In this document: piece by piece, positions 18,951 to 32,062 of the stretch | How the letters are laid out: each line of letters begins with the position of its first letter | Numbering within the stretch: the stretch's first letter is position 1 | NCBI GenBank assembly: GCA_965112735.1 | Contig: OZ218964.1 | Span: 372,001-436,000 of the forward strand | Source: Phaeosaccion multiseriatum | Lineage: Eukaryota > Protista > Ochrophyta, other classes | Direction of reading: 5' to 3' | Length of the DNA stretch: 64,000 nucleotides | Made by a program: the position numbers and the translations under genes | Notes under the pieces: model-generated | Database searches by the model: none | Told to the model about the DNA's origin: nothing | Seen by the model: the letters and a program-made list of their open reading frames with translations, nothing else

Positions 18951-19421
18951 TGCAGCCTCCACTCCCTCCCTTAAATTAATTATTCCACACTCCCTCACTC
19001 ACCATGTCGAAACAATTTCAGCAAAACTTGAAACTGGGAATTCTTGAAACCGAAACCGAATTTGAGAGTTCCGGAAGGTTTCGGTAAAAAAAATTCAAAC
19101 ACTAGGTGAACCGCCCGAAATCGGGCACGTCGTAACGGGCGGTAGGGTGCTTTGGAGCCTCGTCGCCTCCTGCAGGACTAACCTCTGGTTCTCATAACTC
19201 CTGCACTCTCACTACCAAGATCGAGATAATACAAGCGAAATATTGAAGCTTCGGTAGAGGTGGGGTAAGGGAGGGTCTCCACTCTTATACGGCGCGTCGT
19301 CTCGCTGCTCTCGGCAACAGCAGAGGTCTTGAATTGTGGATTGAAGTAACAGCACACGTGTAGCTGATGCGCATCCCAGGAGACGTGAAGGACTGAAGAG
19401 GGAAGGAAAGGGCAAGAGGAA

Positions 19422-22400
19422 ATGGGCACCTCAGGCCAAGAAAGGAGGCCCACAGGGTGGCGGAGCATTCGTTGCATCGCGGGGCTTCTGCTGGTGCTGG
19501 TGCTGTGCTTGCAAGGGAATGGCGTGCAAGGGAAGTGCAACACTGATGGAAATACAGGGAATGGTGAGGGGGGGAGGACGGAGGTGGTGCCCAGATGGGG
19601 AGCCCAGCAGGGGCTGAGTTCACACACAGATCAGGTGGTGTTTGGTCCGCCAGGGTCCATCATCCCAGCCGAGCATGCCTTTATAGTGAACCAGAGGGGT
19701 AGGGTTTACGTGAGGAGCACAGGAGACGACCAAGGCACGGTGGACGGACAGCTGCTTGAGATGGGCGACGATGTCTTCTCGTGGCACGACCGCGGTATGA
19801 GTAGCATGGCCATTGACCCCAACTACGGCGAAAATGGTGGCAATTACTTCGTCTACTTGCTGTACACTGGACAGCCAAGTACGCCCTGGCCAGATGACCA
19901 GTGCTATAATAGACCTGGCGCCAATGACTTGAGATTCTTCTGCGAGGCTCCTGGTGTCCTGCAGCGGTTTACGATGACTCCCATCCTCAATGGCGCGGGC
20001 AATGTTGTGGGGTACAATGACCTGCAGCCGGATGCCGTGCTCATTCGGGATTGGTGGGCCTCCGCCCTGACTCACCACATGGGCACTTGCGCCTTCCTCG
20101 CAGACGGGAGCTTGATTGTGTCGGGAGGGGATGGGGCTCAGGCAGACGGCAAGTTCGACACGGGTGAGTGAGTGCAGAGGCTTTCGGAGGCATCGAATGT
20201 CAGCTCTGTGGCAAAGGAACAATTCCACCGCGGCTGCGTGCATCTCTGTCCCTCCTGTTTCACTCACCGTCTGTGTGTGGCTCTACATCCCTTCATCCGT
20301 TCCTCCCTCACCCCGCTGTTCCCTCCCCCCCCCCTCCCCTTGACTCCCTCCCTCCCCCTCACACTCCACCACCCCGCGTTCCTCTCCTTACCTACTCTCC
20401 CACTCCCCCACACACCCCCAACCTCCCCCCCCCCACCCGCCCCCCCACGCCCTTCCTCCGTCCCTCCCTGAACCCGCCTCTCACTCCCCCCGGCCGTGCC
20501 TCCTCTCCACAGGGCTGACCTACGACCCAACCTACGTCGACGACGGTGCCCCCAACCGGCCGCAGGGGGCCTTCCGCTCGCAGCGCATGGATTTCTTGAA
20601 CGGCAAGATCATACGCGTTCTAGGCCCGTCTTTGCGTTCTACTTCTCAGCTGGTGCTTGGGGACGACTACTTCATCATCGCGGCGGGGCTGCGCAATCCC
20701 TACCGACTCACCGTTCAACCCACCTCCGGAGACGTGTACATTGGTGAGTGGGTGCGAGTCTTTTTGCGACGGCGAAGTCATGTCAAGTGGAGGGGGAGGG
20801 GGAGGGGGAGGGGGAGAGGCAAAGAACGTTCTTAGTCGACTCATTCGCATCTGTGATTGCGCTCTTTCTAAAGTCGTCTCGTTGTCCGCCCAACCACCCA
20901 TGATACAAACACGCAGGCGATGTGGGGTCTTCAGGCTTAGGCGCCATGGAAGAGATTAACCGCCTCCCCAACCCCGCCGGCGCCACGACGGTCCTTGCCA
21001 ACTTCGGGTGGCCCTGCATGGAGGGAGTTCTGCCCCATCCCGACATTCAGACCTTCGTGTCAGAGGCTCCCAGCAGCCCGGAAAAGACCATTTGTGAGCG
21101 CATCTACGCCGACTACTCGGAGTACAACCCTCCCGTGTACCATTACAGAGACACCAACGTGAGGGCCTTCGACCCGCTCTTGCCCGACGCGTGCCAGCCA
21201 GGGGGCTCTACCGCCGAAGCAGCAATCTCGGGCATTTCCTTCTACCCTCAACAGGGCCCCCTCTCCGGCCTGTTGGGAGGAGCGCTCTTGTTCACAGACT
21301 ACGCCAAGCAGTGTGTCGTGTACTTTGACAGCCTGGCCAATGGACAGCCCGACTTTGACTCGGGCCACGTGCTTTACGAGGGGCAGCTCTTTGTGGACGT
21401 TAAAAGCGCCCCCGATGGGCTCGTCTACTTTGCCGTTACCTCAGGGGACGACCACGGAGCCTGGGTCATGTCACAGGTCAGTTCAGCGTACACCAATAGG
21501 GGCGAGAGTTTTTTTTTTTTTTTTTTTTTGGTTCTACTGTGCCTATTGTGACGTGGGAGTTCGGCCTGCTTCGCTTGCGTCCAAGAGATTAATTCCCTCA
21601 TCGATCTTGCCGTCCTCCTCCTCCTCTTCCTCCCCTTGTCCTCAGGCGTCCGGCGGGATTGCGCCTGTGGCAGCCATCGTACCGAGCATCCAGCCGGCCA
21701 ACATTGCCGTGGGAGACGAGCTCACCTTCGACGCGAGTGAGTCCTCCACGTCCAGCCTCACAGATGCCATTGTGAGTTACTCCTTTGACTTCGACGGGGA
21801 TGAGGAGGAGGACGAATCCAGCGGGCAGGCTACGGGCAGCTTCACCTACGACGAGCCGGGCTTGTACATCGCCTCTGTGACCGTGGGGACGAGGGACGGA
21901 GGTTTCAATTGTGCCAATGTCGGAGTGTTGGTGGGGGTCGACTTTGAGGTGGAGATGAACCCGCCCTCGGGAGAGTGGACGGTCGACAGCGAGATCGACT
22001 TCGAGCTCAGTATCGAGGGGGGCGACATTGCCACCGCCATCGAGCCCGAGGACGTGACGTGGTCCATGCTGACGAGGCACTGTGTGTTCGACGCTTGCGC
22101 CGGGGAGGACCGCTGTCACGACCATCAAGGCATCGTCAACGCCCCTGGCTTCGGCTTGTCAGGCTCCCTCAACCCGCTGCCGCACGAGATGCCCTCTTCG
22201 GTGTCGCTGTCTGCTGTCATCAACATCGAGGGCACCCTCGTCACTCGCGAGTTCGAAACCGTGGCGAGCACCGTAACCGTTGAGGTGAGCTCCACGCCGG
22301 TGCTGGGAGCAACCTTTCGCGCGGGGGAGGCCGGAGAGGTGTGCCCCCACAGCAACCCCCCTTGCTCCGTGCTCGTCATGGAGGGGAATAACCTCGCCCT

Positions 22401-24984
22401 CTCGCTGGCCAACAGCCTGCAGGCCGATGGGGAAGGAGGGCTGTGGGAGTTTGACCACTGGGAGCTGACCCAGGGGGGCGCTTCCACGGAGTCCGCCGCC
22501 ACCGTGCTTTCGAGCAGGGCTCAAGCGGATGGAGCGGTCAAGGCCTACTTTGAGAGGCTGGACAACGTGGAGGAGGTTTCCGCGGCTGAGATGGGCAGGG
22601 TAGTCATCAGCGCGGCGGCGGAGGAGGGCTTCGAGCGCATCCGTGTGAGTTGGGGGGCTGTGGCAGGGGCTACCCACTACATCATCTACCTCGAGACCAC
22701 CACCGCCTTGGGCCACGCGCACCTGCCGACCTCCTCCTACGTGAGGGGAACAGTGGTGCCCTCCACCTCCCTCACCGACTCCCTGGTGGTGCCCGATGGA
22801 GTCTATGACATGGAGGTGACAGTGGCGGCCTTCAGCTATGATGACCTCACTCTGGGCCCCCGCTCGCAGCCCGAGGTGGTGTCCATGACGAGCAGCGACA
22901 ACACTTGTGTCAACAACAGCCCCGAGTGCGACTACGCGGCGGTGGCCTGTACCACGGAGGTGGGGGGGGCGGACAGGGCGGCAGGGCGGGGGGCCTTCTT
23001 CGACCTGTACTGTCTCGAGGATGACTCCCACCCGGGCTGCGACAATGACTTGGGCAGCGGCTGCCGCTTGTGCTACACTGACCGCTGTGCGTGGAGCGAT
23101 GCCAACGATGGAGTTAACCCCGGCAACGTGCCCGACTGCCCTCCCTGCGTGGCGGAGGCCTACGGTGTGGCTCAGCCCACGGACAGCTGTGAGACGGAGG
23201 AAGGTCTCGTGCTCCTGTCGCAGACCGGGGGCCCGGGGGGAGCTCCGGTCTCAGCGCCAACAGCGGCGCCAACAGCGGCGCCAACAGCAGCTCCAACGGC
23301 AGCACCAACAACAGCTCCGCCAACAGCAGCTCCCACAGCGGCACCAACAACAGCTCCACCCACAGCAGCTCCCACAGCGGCGCCAACAACAGCTCCACCC
23401 ACAGCAGCTCCCACAGCGGCACCAACAACAGCTCCGCCAACAGCAGCTCCCACAGCGGCACCAACAACAGCTCCGCCAACAGCAGCTCCCACAGCGGCAC
23501 CAACAACAGCTCCGCCAACAGCAGCTCCCACAGCGGCACCAACAACAGCTCCACCCACAGCACCTCCCACAGAGGCGCCAACAACAGCTCCGCCAACACC
23601 AGCTCCTACCGAGGTCGGTGTCGATGATGCTTGACTCCTTGGGCGGATGGGTCCTGCTGCCCCCGCCTTCCTTGCCCCTCTCACTCCACACCCTCCTCCC
23701 CTCTTTCTTGTGCTACTGTCACCTCGACTCCCTTGATCAGGCTCCAATCGCTCCACCGACCTCAGCTCCCACTTCCCCTCCCACAGCGGCTCCAACGCCG
23801 GCCCCAGTAGAGGCTCCCACAGCGGCGCCTATGGAGGTACGTACGGAGGCAGTACTTGTAAAGGTGTCGATGAAGCTTGGCTTGCGCTTGTGGGCGTCTC
23901 GGTACTACTTGTAAAGGTGTCGATGAAGCTTGGCTTGCGCTTGTGGGCCTCTCGGTCGCGCAGTCTCGCAGTCTGTCAGTCAGCTTTCTTGGAGTGCTTG
24001 CTCAAGAGATGTACTCAAGTCCCCCACCCCCTCCCCCTTCTCTCTTTCCTCTCCCTTCGTCAGCCGCCAACGGCCACGCCAACAGCAGCCCCGACGGCAG
24101 CAGAAGAGACCCCTACACCGGTGGCTGAAGAGACTGAAGCACCGGCAGCTGTGGGGACGGAAGCACCCGTACCTGATGACGAGACGGAAGAGCCGATTGC
24201 TGATGCGGAGACGGAAGCGCCTGATGCAGAGGGGACAGAAGCGCCTGATGCAGAGGGGACAGAAGCGCCGGTAGCTGATGAGGAGACGGAAGCACCATTG
24301 GCTGATGAAGATACGCTAGCCCCGGTAGCTGAGGAGGAGACAGAAGCACCGTTTGCTTTGGGGACGGAAGCGCCGGCAGCTGAGGAAGGGTCTGCAGCTG
24401 CGGAGACGGAAGCACCAACAGCTGAGGAAGGGGCTGAGGCTGCTGAGACGGAAGCACCAACAGCTGAGGAAGGGGCTGCGGCTGCGGAGACCGAAGCACC
24501 AACAGCTGAGGGGGGCGGAGTGCAGGGGCCCGACGAGCCCGGATCTGAGGAGACGCCATCTCCAGCAGCAGCAGCAGGAGGAGTGGCAACAGAAGCAGCG
24601 ACAGCAGCCCCTTCTCTTGCGACACCAGCTCCCACTCCCATTGGCGGTGCTGGTGCTCGGGACAGAGGCGGGGTGGAGGGAGGAGACGAGGACCCTAATG
24701 ATGAAGACACTGCAAACGTGCCTGTGGCGGAGGACTCCGACGCCTCAGTCGCGGCGGGCGGGAGCGACGACTTTGTCGGTACCTCCTCCGGTGTTGTGTT
24801 GCTCGCCTCGGTTGGCGCTGTGCTGATCGCGGTGGTGGGGATCGGCGTCTACGCGGGTCACAGGGTCTACATAGCGACGCCTGTAGCAGCAACTGTGCAC
24901 CCCAAGAAGCGGACCGACATGGACCTCGAGTCTCCCGCCTACACGACCACCTCACACATGACGTCGTTTCCAGCCGCGGCGTGA
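19422..24984 (+). CDS. GSDH-PKD-Ig/FN3-Cys-rich-mucin-TM protein, copy B (intact); exons 19422-20163, 20513-20743, 20917-21476, 21646-23613, 23741-23836, 24064-24984
   Basis: Same motifs as copy A. Long A/P/T and ETEAP stalk; TM VVLLASVGAVLIAVVGIGVYA; short cytosolic tail. Confidence 0.88.
23254..23610 (+). repeat. Coding 39-bp tandem repeat (TAAPTAAPTTAPP)n, mucin-like stalk
   Basis: Roughly 8 units visible in both DNA and translation. Confidence 0.9.
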
Positions 24985-25284
24985 AGAGAAGTGGATGGAC
25001 CTGTTTCATCCCAGACGCCCCAGACTCGGCCGAGGCTAAGTCAAGGGGGGGCGTTTGAGCACGCAGCACTTGTGTACCTGGTACGGTACGGGTGTGAGGA
25101 TGCGACGCCAAGGTGTGAGGTGCACACTGATTTCAATGAGGGGCGTGGGCATTGGGGGTTGCGGCTGGTGGCCTTCTCCGGTCCTTGGACTGAGAAGGGG
25201 CGAGCGCAACCGTATAGTCACGTATACGCACACACAGACACACACAGAGACACAGACACAGCCGCATGCACACACACGATGAAG

Positions 25285-25317
<33 letters not shown>

Positions 25318-25492
25318 GAGATACGCAAACACACTGTGAAGTTACACACGTAGTGAGAGAAAGAGAGACACGCACACACACGGGAGCGTGTGTGGTAGAG
25401 CCATTCGCGCTCTCCTTGGAGGGCCGAATGGGCGTAAGGCCGGGGGGACGCTATCGTTTTGAGAGGCGCTCTCTCAGCAACCAGTAACATAA

Positions 25493-25589
25493 GTAAGGAG
25501 CTCAAGTCCAACAAGACGTTTCATCTTTGTGTTGATTGTAAGGAGCTCAAGTGCAACAAGACGTTTCATCTTTGTGTTGATTGTAAGGA
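25493..25589. repeat. 45-bp tandem duplication (2 copies plus a partial)
   Basis: gtaaggagctcaagt(c/g)caacaagacgtttcatctttgtgttgatt at 25493 and 25538. Confidence 0.9.
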
Positions 25590-26475
25590 TATGTCTCTTC
25601 GATGCACCCCTTGACCGCGGGGGTCACTATGGCCAGCGTTGCCCACTTCACCTAACCCCCCCCGAGCGGGCACAGTCCTACACCGCCGCTCCACCCCTTT
25701 GTAATAAGTTCTTCCTCAGGGGGCCTCAGCCTCCCCTACGCATGATTCCCTCCCCCACCGCCTCTCCTCCCTATGATTCCCTCCCTCCCGCACAGCCGAG
25801 GACGTGCTGCTGCTGCCTGCAGACTCCATCTCCATCCGGGCTCCAGGCGAAGTTCATCTGCCTACCACCTATCCACCTATCCACCTATCCACTCCCTCTC
25901 TTGTAACGGCAGGACGCACTCGCACCGCCACCTCTGCTCCGCTCCTTCCTTAGGGCTCCTCCCAAGAGTGCTCGAGAAGCACGATGTGCTGTGAGGGGGC
26001 TGCACCGCCCCATAAATACATCCGATTCGTTCTTCCTTCTTTGTTCTTCCTTCTTTGTTCTTGTTCTTGTTCTTGTTCTTGTTCTTGTTCTTGTTCTTGG
26101 CTCTCCCCTGCCACCCGCCGACCTCGTGACTTCCCTCGTGCGCCGCAATTCGCCGCCATCTTGCCGACGCCCGAGACCTTCAGGCCAAATACGTTTAGGC
26201 CAGACGCTCAGGTCAGGCCAGGTCCAACGGGGCTCCATCGTGTGAGGAGCGTGGAGATGGTCGAGCATCGCTGTTGAATCCCTCCCTCTGTCGAGCGCCT
26301 TCGTAACGCCATCTGTGAGGTTCACCTGTACACCGCCGCCGCCGGGCTCAGGGGGGCTCGACGTCGTCAACCCTCTCCATAAGCTTGGCCAGAAGACGCT
26401 CCTCCGCCTCCTTCCTTCCCTCCCGCCCCCCCCTCCCACACCTGTCCTCGGCTCTCTCGCCTTGCCGCCTCTGGC

Positions 26476-28467
26476 CTATTCGTCGCCCCCATCATCACCA
26501 TCATCGCCATCATCGTCATCGAAATCCTCGTCCGAGGCCAGCGTGTCAATGGCACCGTCAATGCCTCCCATGGACACCTGGCGTTGGCCCTCCTTCTCGT
26601 CCTTCTCCCTCACCTCCCTCCCCTCCCCCTCTGTCTTGACCCTCTCGAACACTCGTACTTCCCCATAGTTGGAGCGAGATACCCTAACGTCCCCCCTCAG
26701 GTAGGTGGTGTCAAAGATGCCCTCTCCGAGCTTGGCGAGGGGCTTCAGTACGGGAAGGGCGAGGGATCGGGCCTCGTCGTTCTCCGCGTTGATAATCTTG
26801 GTGTCCTGCAGAGGCGAGGAGGGAAGCCGCGACAGATACAGATACAGGCGGGCAGCAACGGGGAAGAGGACAGCAACAGCAGCAAAGGCGAGCGTGGTTG
26901 TGTGTGTGAGGGGGGTTGAGAGGGAGCGAGAGACGGTAAGAGCGTAAGAGGGAATGAGGGTCCTTGCTTGCCGAAGGAAGGGAAATCCCAGGCCCGAAAC
27001 GCGCACTGCCCCTCCTCCACACTCCTCCACAGTACGGGTGGAGCAGCTCCGTGCCTAGGGCTGTCGCGAGTTCGGTACCTTGAGGCGGATGGAGAGCTGG
27101 GCGGGGTACTCGTTGCTGGTAATCTCGTACACGTGATTCAGCGCAAAGTCGACTTTGAAGGACAGGCGCTTCGATATACCCCCTACGGCCTTCTCCACTG
27201 AGTCTGGTACGAAGGGCAGCTGGGGCCGGTGGGGGCGTGTGCAGGCGTATGGGCAGCGTATGGGCAGGCATATGGGCATGGCGTTAGGGAGAGGGAGGGA
27301 AGGTAGGCCACGGGGCGTCGAAGGGACGTGCAGTGAAGGAGCAGCCACACACACAAACAGAGAGAGAGAGAGAGAGAGCCACCACCATTCCACCCATTCA
27401 TTCGTACTAAAGAGTGCAAACCCTCTGTGTGATACGTGCACACTTCGATGCACTGCGATACGTACACACACACAGACACACAGACACACACAGTCCAAAG
27501 CCGCACCTTCTTGGTCGCCTCCTCGAGGAAGCTCGGCGAAACCGTACCGTACACCACATTCTTCACCGTCTCCTTCTCTGTGTCGATGACCTGGGCAGGG
27601 AGGGGAGGAGGTTGAGGCCGGCGAGGAGGAGGAGCACTCAGATGGCAACATACGGAGGGACGAGCATCACAGGCAGGCACTCAGCGCCCGGAGTCTTCAG
27701 CCCCTAGGCAATATCATTGGTCATGAAAGGTGCCCTCCTCCCCTCCGCTCCCCTCTCCTCCCTCACCTGGTACACCTCGTCCAGCCGAAGCGGACTGACG
27801 AGCTTGGCCAAGCCCAGCAGGTTGGAGGTGTAGAGCAGCTTCCAGCGCCCCTTCAGATTGGCCATGTCCGCCGGGAACTTGACGTGGTCCTCGGGCAGTT
27901 CATACTCCTCCAGTTGGAGCACCAGCGTGGTAATTTCCTTCTTGCCCTCCTTGTCCTTGGGATAGAAGCCCGGCTCCAGGTTTTCTTCGATCGTCTCCAG
28001 CAGGCGATTCCGGATCTGGGCCTCTGTCCGGGGCGCTTCCCTTGATGTCTCAGATGATGACGACGAACTTTGAGTCCCCGTCCCTCCCTTCTCTGGCCCT
28101 GCCTCTTGGGCTGCTGCAGATGCTGATGCAATGACGTGCGTCGTAGAGGTGGGGAGTCGCTTCACATCGGAGACCCACTTCGCTCTGTGGAGGTTCTTCG
28201 GGGCGGAGCGGAGTGAGGAGATCGCTGTCGGCAGGGCGTGTGGGGACATGGGAGGAGGAAGGGAGAGGGGGGATGAGGGAGGGAGTAAGTAGGAATTGGG
28301 GCTGCAGGGTCGCTGGAACCAGCGGGCAGGCAGCCAAGAAAAGATGTCCACTTCTTTTTTTTACTTTTCCCCTTTCCCTTTCTCAAGCCTGTACCTGGTG
28401 CGAAGAAAGCCGCGGCGGGCCCCAACAGCAGTAAGGCGCCAAGCGCCGATGACGTAGAGGTTTTCAT
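26476..28467 (-). CDS. Plastid lipid-associated protein (PAP/fibrillin family), 5 exons
   Basis: Bipartite presequence MKTSTSSALGALLLLGPAAA-FFAP; fibrillin motifs LKGRWKLLYTS, VYQ|VID and FDTTYLRGDVRVSRSNYGEVRVFER. Confidence 0.88.
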
Positions 28468-28838
28468 GCTCCCCCTTTACCACCTATCGCATTCTCCGAG
28501 AGCTGAAGAGGGTGTTTTTTGACTGGACGGAGAAACGGGCCGAGTCAGCCTTTCTTAACGCACTCCTCCTCCAGCTTCACAGATGGCAACAGAGTCATCG
28601 GGACCCTCCATCCACGAGCAGGGTGCGAGATAGAAGGCAGAGTGCCAGGTAGGGGCAAATTGATGTGCTTTGTCCTCTCCAATACGTCTGATGCAACTGC
28701 TGCTGCGCCCTTTGTCCATTCAAAAGCTCACAATCACTCCCCTGTTGTGGCCCTCCATTCTCCATGACTCCTCCTGCTGTTGCTTGAATCGCTTATGCCT
28801 CTACCGTCTCTGCAGGTCTCCTCTGAATAGGCAGCAGG

Positions 28839-31800
28839 ATGAAGGCGACTTTCTGTTGTATATTCCGTAGTGTCCTTCCCGCTCTCGTCATGCTCTCGTT
28901 CATGGCTCTCTCCAGCGTGAGGGTGGTCACTGCCTTCGTCAGCAGCCCCAACCCCCTGCGGCAGGTGGCTGCGAATACCGCCACTCGATCGTTCCATGCC
29001 ACCCGCCTCTCCATGAAGCTAAAGACAGGCATGTACCGCACAGAGCTGATGGGTCTGTGGATGGCGAGAGGGAGGGAGGCCCTGGCCCGCCACCTTCCAG
29101 GGACACCTTCTGGGGACACCTTCCAGGGGAGGAGCAGGATGTTCCTGCGGGAGGGGAGGGGGGGCTGGGCTGGGCACGAGCGTGTGCATATCATGCCCAA
29201 CTCAGCCCTACTCGGGGCGAGAGCCACCCCCCCCCCAGCTTCCTTGAAGACTGAATAGCTCTGCGCCAATAGCCAAAGCCAATGCTAATCAGTGCCTCCT
29301 CCCTCCCCCTTCCCTCCCCAACGATCCGAGCAGCCATCGTCGGGATGCCGAATGTAGGCAAGAGTACCCTCTTCAACGCCATCACCGGGCAGCAGAAGGC
29401 GCAGGCCGCCAACTTCCCCTTCTGCACCATCGAGCCCAACGTGGGCTCTGTGGCCGTCCCAGACGAGCGGTAAGTCAGTGAGCGGGCGGGAGGGATACCA
29501 CATGCAGCATTGGTGCTACCTCAGCACACACGCACACACACACACACGCACAAGCATTTGCACTCCTGCCGTTGCCTACCCCGCGTGCACGTCCCTGGCC
29601 CTACCCCTCCTCCCTCACCCCCCGCCCCCTCTCCCCCCTCTGCACCCCGCTGGTCACTCCACCCCCTCCCCCCCCCTTGCTTCAGCCTGACGATCTTGGG
29701 GGACATTAACAAGTCCCTCAAGATAATACCCACCTCCCTCGAGTTCGTGGATGTGGCCGGCTTGGTGAAAGGTGCCTCCAAGGGGGAGGGTCTCGGCAAC
29801 AAGTTCCTTTCCAACATTCGAGAGTGTGACGCCATTGTGCACGTGCTGCGCTGCTTCGAGGATGGAGACATTATTCATGTGGACAACACCGTGGACCCGG
29901 TCAGAGACATGGAGGTTATCAACTTGGAGCTCGCCTTGGCGGATTTGGCGCAGGCGGAGAAGAGACTGGCCAAAGTGGAGAGGGATAAGAAGGCTGACCC
30001 CGATGAGAAGGCCGCACTTGCCAAGGTGGGTTTGGGGGTGGAGGGGAAGAGAGGAGGGAATGGGAGGGGGGAGGAGTGGGGGGCAGAGGAGGAACAGCAT
30101 GAGAGGGGAGGAGGAGGGGATAAAGACCTTCAGCAAGGCCCCCAAGTGTCACCTCGGAAAGCCATGAGGATATTGCAACACGCACACACACACACACACA
30201 AGGAGGAGGTGCAGGGGAGGCCCGAATCCGATGGACATTCACAGATGGACACTCACCTCCTCCCCTCACCTCCCCCCCCCCCCTGCTCCTTGCCGCTCCC
30301 TGTGGCCGTACCCCTCCTCCACGCACGCCCTTCAGCTTGTGCCCCACTTGGACCAGGGCCTGCCAGCCCGGTCGGCGGGCCTAACAGACGAGGAGCTGGC
30401 GGCGGTGAAGGGGCTCATGTTGCTCACGCAGAAGAAGATGATCTACGCGCTCAACGTGCCGGATGGAGACCTCGCAGACGGTAACGCCATGGTGGACAAG
30501 GTGAGGGGCGGAGGGGATGGCAGTGGATGGGGGGGGAGGGGGGGGGGGGGCATGTGATCGTGCGGCCTGTTGAGGAATTGTGCTGCATGCCCCCCACTCA
30601 CGCCCAACCACCGACTGACCCCACCACTCCACTCACGCTGAATCACCGCACCGCCTCATCACCGCGCCCTATCCCCCCACCCCGTTTTGTCCCTGAAGGT
30701 GCGCCCCTTGGCCAAGGCGGAGGATGCGGGTGTGGTGCTCGTGTCAGCGCAAGTGGAGGCAGAGCTTGTGGAGCTCGAGGACGCAGACAAGACCGAGTTC
30801 CTAGAGGCGTTGGGAGTGGACCTGGAGGTGAGCCCAGGGGGGTGAGGTGGGGAGATTACTTACCTGCTTACAGGGCACTCTTTTCTCTGCCGTGCCTGGG
30901 CCCACCTGGGCTCCTCTCTCTCTCTGTCTCTCACTCCCCCTCTCTCTCCCTCTCTTATCTATCTATCTCTGACCTCGCATATCTATCCATCTGTCTGCCT
31001 GCCCTGCCCCCCTGTCTTAGTCGAGCGGTCTGCGTGCCTTGGTTCGAGAAGCCTACACGCTACTCGGCCTGAGCACGTACTTCACCACTGGGGAGCAGGA
31101 GACACGCGCCTGGACCATCCAGGACGGCTGGACCGCCCCTCAGGCAGCAGGAGTCATCCACACTGACTTCGAGAAGGGCTTCATCCGCGCTGAGACCGTG
31201 AGCTACGAGAACTACGTGGAGAGCGGCAGGTGAGGCAGGGAGGGAGAAAGGAGGGGAGGAGAGGGGGGTCAACGGTGGGGCAGGAGCGAGATCCGCCGTG
31301 CTGGGTTGGGCTGAGTCATGTGCTGCTGAGGGTTGTGTTAATGTGCTCCTCGTTGCCCCTGTTGAGAGCTCTGAGTGTAGTGTTAATGTGCTCCTCGTTG
31401 CCCCCTGTTGAGAGCTCTGAGTGTAGTGTTAATGTGCTCCTCGTTGCCCCTGTTGCGAGCTCTGAGTGTAGTGTTAACGTGCTCCTCGTTGCTCCTGTTG
31501 AGAGCTCTGAGTGTAGTGTTAATATGCTCCTCGTTGCTCCTGTTAAGAGCTCTGAGTGTAGTGTTAATGTGCTCATCGTTGCTCCTGTTAAGAGCTCTGA
31601 GTGTAGTGTTAATGTGCTCATCGTTGCCCCTGTTGAGAGCTCTGAGTGTAGTGTTAACGTGCTCCTCGTTGCCCCTGTTGAGAGCTCTGAGTGTAGTGTT
31701 AATGTGCTCCTCGTTGCCCCTGTTGAGAGCTCTGAGTGTGTTGAGCACTGTGCTGACAGCGCGTCTCGAGTACACTAGTGTAACCGTCGAGGAGTTGCGA

Positions 31801-32062
31801 GGGGCGGAGTGAAGAGGGCACAGCGATGGAACACTTCGTGCCCCCTCCTGCGTGCGGCGAGCTCTGTGGTTGTTTGTGTCTTGCGCTGCATTTACTCAAC
31901 TACCTACCTACCTACCTACCTCCCTGTTTCCTACCTACCTACCTACCCACCCACCTACCTCTCTTCAGCGAGAAGGTGGCCAAGGAGAAGGGGTTGATGC
32001 GAGCAGAGGGCAAGGAGTACGTCGTCAAGGAAGGAGACGTCATGCACTTCCTCACGAACTAA
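28839..32062 (+). CDS. ychF: YchF/OLA1 Obg-like ribosome-binding ATPase, probably plastid-targeted, 7 exons
   Basis: [85 protein letters not shown]; presequence ...VVTA-FVSS. Confidence 0.95.
31335..31740. repeat. 45-bp minisatellite, 9 copies, in the last YchF intron
   Basis: Unit gtgttaatgtgctcctcgttgcccctgttgagagctctgagtgta, head-to-tail with no spacers. Confidence 0.95.

Noticed and set aside
19008-19125. AAACCG-rich palindromic patch as a third MITE
   Set aside because: No convincing TIR pair or TSD.
31335-31740. CRISPR-like array
   Set aside because: The units are head-to-tail with no unique spacers, inside a eukaryotic intron, with no cas genes.
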